Source: Opitutales bacterium (GTDB taxonomy: Bacteria; Verrucomicrobiota; Verrucomicrobiia; Opitutales; JABSRG01). From it: a stretch of 37,435 nt of DNA. Position 1 is the first letter of the stretch. Each line of letters starts with the position of its first letter. The stretch spans positions 1 to 37,435 of the forward strand of contig JBMYOQ010000039.1 of assembly GCA_049599475.1 (NCBI GenBank), read 5' to 3'. Both the position numbers and the translations under genes were made by a program. This document shows, piece by piece, positions 1 to 7,036 of the stretch. Below the pieces are notes generated by a model. It worked only from the letters and a program-made list of their open reading frames with translations, made no database searches and was not told the DNA's origin.

Positions 1-52
1 TGGTGCACTTTGACCCGCAAACGAGTGGTGCACTTTAACCCGCAAAATGACA
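1..52. mobile_element. Terminal repeat region of an IS21-family insertion sequence (element lies upstream of the window)
   Basis: Two 20-bp tandem repeats, TGGTGCACTTTGACCCGCAA (1-20) and TGGTGCACTTTAACCCGCAA (26-45, 19/20 identical), followed by a terminal ...AATGACA (5'-TGTCA on the minus strand). Tandem subterminal repeats plus a TG/CA end are typical of IS21. Confidence 0.7.
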
Positions 53-491
53 AGAGATCCCATTGAAAAAGGCGGTCAGCCTTCTGTTTCTCCTAGCCGA
101 AAGACGCACAAAATCCTTTCCAAGAATCCTAGGATTTTTCGAAGGATTAATTGATCAATCAACTGACGATTCCGTAAGCACACATATCGAATCGCTCCTG
201 AACGATTATTTGAAGGTGCTTTTTGGCGATTGGGAACAAAATCGCTACGTTATCTCTTGGATATTCTTTTTCCTCAAAAAAAGAGGAATGAAAGTAAGAG
301 TTAAGAAGCAGGCTTCCAATCTCATAATAAAATCAATACGTAGTAATAAGCAGCTAATCTTCGGTGCTGCTTCTGATTTTAAACTGTTCAAGAGAATCAC
401 GAAGAACTCATCCCTCGATGCTCTTTCCGAAACGCTAGATGTGTTTGAACCTAAGTGGGAATCGCAACAAGGAGTGAATATATCAAGGTAA
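53..491 (+). pseudogene. 3' fragment of a gene interrupted by the IS; possibly the C-terminal region of an Abi/defence-type reverse transcriptase
   Basis: The frame is open right up to the IS junction, with only a TTG start at 63. AT-rich. The NRYVISWIFFFL...IFGAASDFKLF...LDVF segment resembles C-termini of ~500 aa defence RTs as I recall them (unverified). Confidence 0.45.
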
Positions 492-504
492 ACCAAACGA
501 CCCC
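488..504 (+). repeat. Cassette-delimiting direct repeat, copy 1 (GTAAACCAAACGACCCC)
   Basis: Motif overlaps the TAA stop of the 63-491 ORF; recurs at 1970, 3024 and 3481. Confidence 0.85.
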
Positions 505-617
505 GAAAAGAATGATATGTCATTTTAAATCCCCTCGATTTAAAAACTTGGGGCTAAATATCTCCTTTTCGACGCGACAATAATAAGTGAAACAGACTAG
601 GTTATTCTGAGGAACAT

Positions 618-1313
618 ATGAGTAAATATAACTGGCATTTTAACGAGTTTGTCCAGGTGGGCCGCGATTATACTTCAATAGAAGAGGTCAAGGTTTACGA
701 TGAGACTCACTCCCAATTTCGAGATATAGCTTTGGAGGCAAATGATGCATTAGATCGACTTGGTGTTGCTCCGAATCAGGTTCTAGTTGATATCGGATCG
801 GGTACAGGAATCTTTTCTCGTGAGGCATCAAAAAGAGGTATGGTCGTTCATGCTTCTGATGTTTCTGAAACAATGATTTCATATGCTCAGGAACAAACAA
901 AAGGGTTTGAAATTATGTTTCATCATGCCGGTTTTCTTACTCTAGATTTGCCGGATGCTAGTGTGGACTTTATCACCACGACATTTGCTTTTCATCATCT
1001 CCCAGATTATTGGAAAGGGATTGCTTTGAAGAGGATATGGCGGATGCTCAAAACAGGGGGGCAGCTCTATTTGAGAGACGTAATTATTCAAGAAGAGAAC
1101 TCTTTCGAAAACATCGAAGCGTTGATATCTCATCAAGAATCTTTAGGGGGCGATTTTCTTCGTGATGATGCTATCGAGCACTTCCGCGATGAAAACTCTA
1201 CGTATGATTGGGTGATGGATGGGTTGATAGATCGCGCGAGCTTTCAGGTGGTTTCGAAAGAGTTCGCGGGAGGTCTCTTGGGGACTTACTATTGCAGAAA
1301 GAGAGAAGAATAG
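618..1313 (+). CDS. Class I SAM-dependent methyltransferase
   Basis: VDIGSGTG motif I, SDVSETM motif II, AFHHL, LKTGG. GAGG RBS upstream. Confidence 0.9.
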   Translation: MSKYNWHFNEFVQVGRDYTSIEEVKVYDETHSQFRDIALEANDALDRLGVAPNQVLVDIGSGTGIFSREASKRGMVVHASDVSETMISYAQEQTKGFEIMFHHAGFLTLDLPDASVDFITTTFAFHHLPDYWKGIALKRIWRMLKTGGQLYLRDVIIQEENSFENIEALISHQESLGGDFLRDDAIEHFRDENSTYDWVMDGLIDRASFQVVSKEFAGGLLGTYYCRKREE

Positions 1314-1317
1314 TCAT

Positions 1318-1803
1318 ATGATGATTACAAGAGAAGTAGAGGCGGCGATCAACGAGAGTGTTTTGTGTTGGCTGGGCTCTGTCTCAAGCGATGGGGTTCC
1401 AAATGTTTCTCCCAAAGAGGCGTTCATTCATGATGGCGCTGGGAAGCTATTGATTGCAAATATTGCATCACCAGTAAGCCAAAAGAATTTAGGAGCATGC
1501 GATCGTGTTTGCGTTAGCTTTATCGAGATTTTCACACAAAAGGGTTATAAAATAGAAGGCCGTGCGAGAGTTCTGAATGATGAGGATGAGGGATATGGTT
1601 ACCGAAAGAGAAAATTGCTTTCAGTAATTGGTGATTCCTTTGATATTCTTTCTATTTTCGAAATTTCTCCACTTTCAATAAATAGAATTATCGCGCCCAG
1701 TTACAGAGTTTTTCCTGATTCAAGCGAAGATGATCGAATAAAAGAGTCTATTACGAGCTATAGGGTCGCTGAGTATCAAGATAGGCAGAACAAAACGAAG
1801 TAA
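1318..1803 (+). CDS. Pyridoxamine 5'-phosphate oxidase family (split-barrel FMN-binding) protein
   Basis: CWLGSVSSDGVPNVSPKE and IANIASP...KGYKIEGRA motifs. Confidence 0.85.
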   Translation: MMITREVEAAINESVLCWLGSVSSDGVPNVSPKEAFIHDGAGKLLIANIASPVSQKNLGACDRVCVSFIEIFTQKGYKIEGRARVLNDEDEGYGYRKRKLLSVIGDSFDILSIFEISPLSINRIIAPSYRVFPDSSEDDRIKESITSYRVAEYQDRQNKTK

Positions 1804-1969
1804 GGATTACTCTTGATCTCTTGATAGAGGGCACGTGGTTTACGGATTGGGCAATTGGATGAGCCAATTCGGTTCCATGTCATTCTCTTCTTCCACCAGG
1901 GGCCCAATATCTTAGCGTTCCTGTTATTCAGTAAGGCAGAGCTCGTCGTTGCATGAAAGCAGTCCAGCA

Positions 1970-1985
1970 GTAAACCAATCGACCC
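1970..1985 (+). repeat. Cassette-delimiting direct repeat, copy 2 (GTAAACCAATCGACCC, 1 mismatch)
   Basis: 15/16 identity to copies at 488 and 3481. Confidence 0.75.
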
Positions 1986-2221
1986 TGGAAACCTTCGGCC
2001 AGAGGCCAGACCACCTTGCAAAAGATCCTGGCAAGCCTCCACTACCGCTTCGATCAGGTAAGCCGAAAAGCCCCATGCCGCCCCGAGCAAAGTACCAAAC
2101 CCCGTATGGCCCCGATATCTTCGACGCGTATGACGGTTGACTGAATTGGGATGAATGTCTCTGTTCCAGATGAAGTTTATACTTCCATCGGCGCACATCA
2201 CCTTTAGCGTTCGAAAAGAAA

Positions 2222-3016
2222 ATGACAAAGGAAACTTATACCCCTGGGCATACAAAGAATGCGACGGATTTCATGGGGAAGCGCACCCTGGAGTCACATG
2301 GCTTCTTTTTTCGGCCCTACTTGGAAGACAGCCTTGATGTGTTGGATCTCGGTTGCGGCCCAGGAACGATTTCGATTGGTCTCGCTCAATCGACTAGTGG
2401 ACGTGTCGTGGGAATCGATTTTGGCGAGTCTCAGATCGACAAGGCGAGAGAGAACGCTACAGCTGCGGAATGCTCGAATCTCGAGTTTCATCTTGGGTCC
2501 TGTTACGAATTACCTTTTGAGGATGAGTCTTTCGACCGGGTTTTTTCACATGCTCTGATGGAGCACTTGCGCGATCCCGTCGCAGCACTGAAAGAAGCTT
2601 GCAGGATTCTGAAGCCGAATGGAGTTATTGGTATATGTAGTCCTGATGCGGACGGATGGTTGTTATCACCCCCATCCAATGAGCTGCATTCTGCCGTGAA
2701 CGCCTATGCCGACTTGCAGGCATCTAATGGAGGTGACCTGCGGATTGGGAAGAAGTTTGGCGTCATTTTGAAGGAGGCCGGATTCGCAGATATTCATCTA
2801 AGCGCACGGTATGAATGCTATTCATCCCTTCAGTTCATCGGTGAGTATCTAGCGTTGCAGCTTGAACAGAAGGGCATGCTCCAAGAAGCAAGGACTTTTC
2901 GGGATTGGAGTGGCAGCGACGACGGAATGTTTGCCCAAGCTTGGGTAGCCGCAATCGGAATAAAGAAGTCGAACAATGCGGAGAAGGCAACGCCTAGCGG
3001 CGCGTCTGTGCTTTGA
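2222..3016 (+). CDS. Class I SAM-dependent methyltransferase (UbiE/Methyltransf_31-like), integron-cassette-like
   Basis: LDLGCGPG, GIDFGESQ, LPFEDESFD, HALMEHL, LKPNG. GTTCGAA lies 6 bp before the ATG and the 3' end runs into an attC-like hairpin. Confidence 0.9.
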   Translation: MTKETYTPGHTKNATDFMGKRTLESHGFFFRPYLEDSLDVLDLGCGPGTISIGLAQSTSGRVVGIDFGESQIDKARENATAAECSNLEFHLGSCYELPFEDESFDRVFSHALMEHLRDPVAALKEACRILKPNGVIGICSPDADGWLLSPPSNELHSAVNAYADLQASNGGDLRIGKKFGVILKEAGFADIHLSARYECYSSLQFIGEYLALQLEQKGMLQEARTFRDWSGSDDGMFAQAWVAAIGIKKSNNAEKATPSGASVL

Positions 3017-3024
3017 CGTTCGAG
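2968..3024 (+). mobile_element. Integron attC-like recombination site (57 bp)
   Basis: GTCGAAC (R''-like) ... GTTCGAG (R'-like) enclose an imperfect palindrome, AATGCGGAGAAGGCAACGCCTAGCGGCGCGTCTGTGCTTTGAC. It overlaps the end of the upstream gene. Confidence 0.6.
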
Positions 3025-3038
3025 TAAACCAAACGACC
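3024..3038 (+). repeat. Cassette-delimiting direct repeat, copy 3 (GTAAACCAAACGACC)
   Basis: Exact 15-mer, starting at the last base of the attC R' box. Confidence 0.85.
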
Positions 3039-3080
3039 ATATTTCCACAGAATAGGCCTACGATTGCTTGCGTACTCTTC

Positions 3081-3149
3081 GATACAACTATTGTGGAGAT
3101 CCAAGACGGAGGAAATGTCTTTCATATGGACATTCTAAAAAATAAGTGA
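3081..3149 (+). pseudogene. Remnant of the C-terminus of a colicin/pyocin-type HNH DNase toxin
   Basis: Translates as DTTIVEIQDGGNVFHMDILKNK*, compare colicin E9 [20 protein letters not shown]. Its TGA overlaps the ATG of the downstream immunity-like gene (TGATG). Confidence 0.5.
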
Positions 3150-3406
3150 TGAACGAAAAATTAGTGAAAGAGCTCAGAGCTCTCTTTTTAGAGCTTTGGG
3201 ATATGCCGAATGACTCACGTTACGAAGAGATAGAACAGAGGCTAGCGGACATCTGTCCAGACCCTGACTGGCCTGATCATTTAGATGAATTTGCTACAGA
3301 TGACGAAACCTTAGATGTAGATCGCGTTTTAAGTAAGATAGCTGAATACAGACCCGATATTTTTATAGTTAAGGAATCTGGTGAGGTCATAGAAGGTGAT
3401 GAATAA
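3149..3406 (+). CDS. Colicin-DNase-type (Im9-like) bacteriocin immunity protein
   Basis: 85 aa acidic helical protein. ICPDPDWPDHL...LDVDRVLSKIAEYRP parallels the HPDGSDLIYY...SPEGIVKEIKEWR pattern of Im proteins, and it is coupled to an HNH remnant. Confidence 0.55.
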   Translation: MNEKLVKELRALFLELWDMPNDSRYEEIEQRLADICPDPDWPDHLDEFATDDETLDVDRVLSKIAEYRPDIFIVKESGEVIEGDE

Positions 3407-3480
3407 CAATGATAATACTAGCACACCACACAATCGCGCCAGCAAAGCTGATCACGATATCTGCTGTCGGGCATTTCAAA

Positions 3481-3496
3481 GTAAACCAAACGACCC
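3481..3496 (+). repeat. Cassette-delimiting direct repeat, copy 4 (GTAAACCAAACGACCC); array boundary
   Basis: Exact 16-mer match to copy 1; last copy before the higher-GC backbone genes. Confidence 0.85.
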
Positions 3497-3528
3497 TTTG
3501 ATACGCATAATTCAATAGATTCAAAATT

Positions 3529-3562
3529 AAAACGCCTGAGCCATTGAGAGGCGCAGGCGTTT
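3529..3562 (-). terminator. Rho-independent terminator of the 3578-5454 operon
   Basis: AAACGCCTGAGCC-attgaga-GGCGCAGGCGTTT hairpin with an A-run on its left, just past the minus-strand stop at 3578. Confidence 0.7.
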
Positions 3563-3577
3563 CTTGATCCGTCAGGC

Positions 3578-3967
3578 CTATAGCGGCGGAGGTGTGGCTG
3601 GCCCTGGGTAAGCTGCCTTTAGTTTCCCTTTCTTCCGCATCTTGTCGAAGTTGAACATGTTGAAGAAGTGCATCGCGCCGAGAACCAGCATGACGATGCC
3701 GAGCTTGGTGGTCGCGTATTCGATCCCGGCTATCAGGTTGACTGGTTTTTCGCCGACTCTGAGAAACATGAGGACAAAGCCTATGTTGATGAGGTAGAAG
3801 CCGACGACGAGCAGGTGGTTGACTGCATCCGCGCGAGCTTCGTCGCCATGGAAGGCATCAATGAGAAAGAGCCTTCCGTTTTTGTGTAGGGTCCGCGCGA
3901 CCCAGATGGTCATCGCAAGACTGATTAAGAAGTAGAGGGTGTAGATGATTATGATTGTGAGTTCCAT
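3578..3967 (-). CDS. Conserved integral membrane protein (3 predicted TM)
   Basis: Hydrophobic segments, LHKNGRLFL...VNHLLVVGFYLINIG...LGAMHFFN. Co-oriented with the TIGR01777 and GbsR genes. Confidence 0.75.
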   Translation of the reverse strand: MELTIIIIYTLYFLISLAMTIWVARTLHKNGRLFLIDAFHGDEARADAVNHLLVVGFYLINIGFVLMFLRVGEKPVNLIAGIEYATTKLGIVMLVLGAMHFFNMFNFDKMRKKGKLKAAYPGPATPPPL

Positions 3968-3984
3968 GGTTTATACCTTTCCGC

Positions 3985-4902
3985 TTAGGGTTTTATGAGA
4001 TTCCTCAAGGCTTGCTTGAGGGTTGGGAATTGGTGCTGGAATCCGGCTTCGACGAATCGGCGCGGGATGCAGTTTCTGCCGCGTAGGGCTAGTTCAGGTT
4101 CCGTGCGTAGTAGGCAGCAACCGAGACGAACGAGCCAGGTCGGCGCGCGTGGAGCCCAGGGGCGTCTCATGATGGCTCGGAGCTCGGACATGAACTCGGC
4201 ATTGCGCACCGGGTTCAGCCCGGTTGCATTATAAAGGCCTTCAATACTTTCGCGTTCGATGGCCCAGTGAAACATCTCATTTAGGTCATCGATATGAATC
4301 CAGCTATAGTATTGTTTCCCCGATCCGACGGCTCCACCCAGGAAGCATCGTGTGACCCATTTTAGGCGATTTAGCGCACCTCCATCTCTGCCGAGGACGA
4401 AGCTTATTCGAAACAATACTTTTCGGGCGTGTGGAATATCTTCGTCGTTGAAAGCCTGCTCCCAGGCCATTGCTACTTCAGGTGAAAAGCCGTGCCCAGG
4501 GCTGGCCGATTCATCGCGAAGCTCTTCGCCGGCATCACCGAGAATCGCGGTCGTGGCTGCTTGTATCCAAAATTTGGGTGGTTTTTTGGATTGTCGAAAT
4601 ACTTTTCCCAATACACGCACAGAGTCTAATCGTGATTCTAGAATCTCGCGGCGATTGTTTGCTGTGTAGCGGCAATCGACATTCTTCCCTGTAAGATTGA
4701 TTATTCCCCGTGCGCCGTCTAGCTCGGCAGCCCATGGGCCCAGGGTTTTACCGTCCCACAATACCTGCTGAGCGCCGCTTGGATCGGCCTTAGGCCTTCT
4801 GGTCAAAATGGCGACTTCGTATCCGCGCTCTAAAAGATTTTGAGTGAGCGCTTGGCCTATGAATCCACTACCGCCGGCGATAATTATCTTTTCATGTTTC
4901 AT
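3985..4902 (-). CDS. TIGR01777 family NAD-dependent epimerase-like oxidoreductase (YfcH-like, DUF1731 C-terminus)
   Basis: GGSGFIG Rossmann motif, ILESRLDS, GSGKQYYSWIHIDD, NAEFM, AGFQHQFPTL. Confidence 0.9.
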   Translation of the reverse strand: MKHEKIIIAGGSGFIGQALTQNLLERGYEVAILTRRPKADPSGAQQVLWDGKTLGPWAAELDGARGIINLTGKNVDCRYTANNRREILESRLDSVRVLGKVFRQSKKPPKFWIQAATTAILGDAGEELRDESASPGHGFSPEVAMAWEQAFNDEDIPHARKVLFRISFVLGRDGGALNRLKWVTRCFLGGAVGSGKQYYSWIHIDDLNEMFHWAIERESIEGLYNATGLNPVRNAEFMSELRAIMRRPWAPRAPTWLVRLGCCLLRTEPELALRGRNCIPRRFVEAGFQHQFPTLKQALRNLIKP

Positions 4903-4910
4903 CGTTATTG

Positions 4911-4934
4911 AACTTTCAGGAAAAATTGAAAATT
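4911..4934. promoter_or_regulatory. Putative GbsR/MarR-family operator (second copy)
   Basis: AACTTTCA-N8-TGAAAATT, near-identical to the palindrome at 5469-5492, just upstream of the TIGR01777 start. Confidence 0.65.
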
Positions 4935-4947
4935 TAGATCAAATAAG

Positions 4948-5454
4948 TTAAAGCAGCTTTAAGAGTTTAGGCATGAGTTTGTTGCGCTCAGACTTGGAGA
5001 CTTTCTCCATCATAGAATCTGCCACGGAGACAAATGCTTCGAGATTGGTTACCTGATCAAGAAAGGCCTTTTCTTCGTCGGTCTTAGCTTTTCCCTGCCC
5101 GCTCTTGCATTGTTGAAGAAGTTCGAGGGCTGGAGTGATTTCTCTACGACGCCGCTCGCTCGCAATCGTGCAGAACATTTTCCATACATCTTTTTCGGCC
5201 TCGAAATATTCCTTTCGATCCCCCTTGTAGGTGATTCTGCGAATAAGGCCCCAGCTCACTAAGTCTCGCAGATTGGTGTTTGCATTGCCTCTGCTGATCG
5301 CGAGCTCGTCCATGATCTGCTGAGTCGAAAGCGGATCTGTGCTGATCATCAGGCAAGCGTGGATCTGAGCCATAGTCCGGTTGATACCCCATAAACTCCC
5401 CAGGACTCCCCACTGGGTAATGAATTTATTGCGAGTCTCTTCGAAGTCCTTCAT
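4948..5454 (-). CDS. GbsR/MarR family transcriptional regulator
   Basis: FITQWGVLGSLWGINRTMAQIHA, ISRGNANTNLRDL wHTH, GDRKEYFEAEKDVW. Confidence 0.9.
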   Translation of the reverse strand: MKDFEETRNKFITQWGVLGSLWGINRTMAQIHACLMISTDPLSTQQIMDELAISRGNANTNLRDLVSWGLIRRITYKGDRKEYFEAEKDVWKMFCTIASERRRREITPALELLQQCKSGQGKAKTDEEKAFLDQVTNLEAFVSVADSMMEKVSKSERNKLMPKLLKLL

Positions 5455-5468
5455 GGCTTATATGATTG

Positions 5469-5492
5469 AACTTTCAGTAATTATTGAAAGTT
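5469..5492. promoter_or_regulatory. Putative GbsR/MarR autoregulatory operator
   Basis: Perfect 8-8-8 palindrome AACTTTCA-gtaattat-TGAAAGTT, 14 bp upstream of the regulator ATG. Confidence 0.7.
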
Positions 5493-5695
5493 GGCAACAA
5501 AAAACGAATGCTGCTCCGACAGAGGTGGCGGCCGAAGATCTGGGCAATCCCAAACGGGTGGATCTAGCTATTGTAGGGCAAGACGCGTAATGCGTAGGAG
5601 CCTCAATGCATTCGGCTCGCTAGCAGTAAGCAGTTTTTTGTGGATTTTCGTAGCGGATCTATGTTTCTATTTTGGACTGTCTTTCCTTTCTTGCT

Positions 5696-6148
5696 ATGAA
5701 TGATTTTGAATTGATTACAAAAGCCGAAGTGGTGCTAGCTCAGCGGGCTTGGGCATCTGCCGTTATTGCCCAGGATCTGGAAACCCTGCTTGCTTTGTAT
5801 GATTTTGGAACGCCCGATGAACCGCTTCTCTTTAAGCCGACATTGGCGGACCAGATTCGCGTGGATGAAGCGGGTGCGCGCTCTTACTTTGTCGGGGGGA
5901 ATCCTGACTACCCGCACGACCATGGTTTTTTGAAGTTGGCGTGGAAGCGAGTGGAGTTTCAAAGCGCGGTGGGCCCAATCCTCAAGGCCGGAGGCCTCGG
6001 ATACAAAGATATGGGGCAGTACACATTTGTGAATGCTGAGGGCGATGCCACGCGTGCAGACTATACCTTCACCTATCACAAAAAGGGCGGAAAGGTCCTG
6101 ATTTCCCTACATCACTCTTCGCTTACTTGGATTCCGCCTAAGAAGTAG
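5696..6148 (+). CDS. COG4337 / iota-class carbonic anhydrase-like protein (NTF2-like fold)
   Basis: LFKPTLA, SYFVGGNPDYPHDHGF, MGQYTF, YTFTY and C-terminal LHHSSL motifs. ATG at 5696 preferred over TTG at 5672. Confidence 0.8.
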   Translation: MNDFELITKAEVVLAQRAWASAVIAQDLETLLALYDFGTPDEPLLFKPTLADQIRVDEAGARSYFVGGNPDYPHDHGFLKLAWKRVEFQSAVGPILKAGGLGYKDMGQYTFVNAEGDATRADYTFTYHKKGGKVLISLHHSSLTWIPPKK

Positions 6149-6228
6149 ATTTGAATGAACATGGGCGACTGAATAAGGCGCTCCATGGACGTCATCAATC
6201 TTAGTTCCTGGAATCCATTTTGTGATGA

Positions 6229-6993
6229 ATGTCACAATTTGAGCGTTTACCTAATGGCTTCAGCGTGGATGGATATCAGGTGGAGCTCATTGAGAAAATC
6301 TCTAGAAGCAAAGCAGTATTCTTTGATTTGTTTCACACATTGGTCTACCTGCATACGGAAGGCCCGAATTCGGTAAATACCTACACGCATCTGGGTTTTC
6401 CGCATGATGTTTGGTTCGATCTTATTTTCGAGTCTTCAGAAGAGCGATTGAAAGGGAAAACTCGTGACAAATACGCCATTATCCGTGACCTCGCACATGA
6501 GTATGATCCGTCGATCGATGAGGCTCTGATTCGCTTTGACGTGGAGGAGCGGGTGAAACGCTTTCAAGCGGGCTTTGATAATCTTACTGAGGAGCGATTT
6601 GCGGTCATACAGTCTCTAAAGCATGCAGGCTTGTCTATTGGTCTCATCGGCAATGCCGACGCTGTAGAAATCACGGGTTGGTATGATTCGAAGATCTCTC
6701 GATTGTTTGATTCGGTGATCTTTTCTTTTGATGTAGGAGCGGTTAAGCCGGAACCGGCAATTTATGAAATTGCCCTGGAGTCTTTAGGAGTATCGGCCAC
6801 GGAGTCGGTGTTCGTGGGGGATGGTGCCTCTCATAAATTGAAGGGTACCCGTGAACTCGGATTTACCACTGTAATGACAACGGAAATACTCGCCACCCTA
6901 TGGCCTGAGAAAATTCCTGCACGCACGCCCTTTGCAGATTATGTGGTTTCGCGGCTGAGTGAGCTCGTTAGTATCCCAGACGAAAGGCTGTGA
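6229..6993 (+). CDS. HAD family hydrolase
   Basis: FFDLFHTL motif I variant, KPEPAIY, VFVGDG. Confidence 0.85.
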   Translation: MSQFERLPNGFSVDGYQVELIEKISRSKAVFFDLFHTLVYLHTEGPNSVNTYTHLGFPHDVWFDLIFESSEERLKGKTRDKYAIIRDLAHEYDPSIDEALIRFDVEERVKRFQAGFDNLTEERFAVIQSLKHAGLSIGLIGNADAVEITGWYDSKISRLFDSVIFSFDVGAVKPEPAIYEIALESLGVSATESVFVGDGASHKLKGTRELGFTTVMTTEILATLWPEKIPARTPFADYVVSRLSELVSIPDERL

Positions 6994-7036
6994 GATCAAT
7001 CTCGACTGCCTCAATCAAATCGATTTGCATTGGACA

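Noticed and set aside
1949..2140. ORF with KYQTPYG, reminiscent of some transposases
   Set aside because: A 7-residue resemblance in a low-complexity Pro-rich ORF spanning the repeat is insufficient evidence.
3402..3475. Possible attC after the immunity gene (CACAATCGCGCCAGCAAAGCTGATCACGAT hairpin)
   Set aside because: Only a short central hairpin; no matching GTT R' box. At best a decayed site.
488..3496. CRISPR array interpretation of the 16-bp repeats
   Set aside because: The repeat is too short, spacers are 0.45-1.5 kb and irregular, and no cas genes are present.
5500..5640. Loose inverted repeat / possible riboswitch upstream of the iota-CA gene
   Set aside because: Arms are poorly matched and no known RNA motif is recognisable.
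7010..7032. Zur-like box before the COG0523 gene (CAATCAAATCGATTTGCATTG)
   Set aside because: Only one good half-site and the spacing differs from the other boxes.
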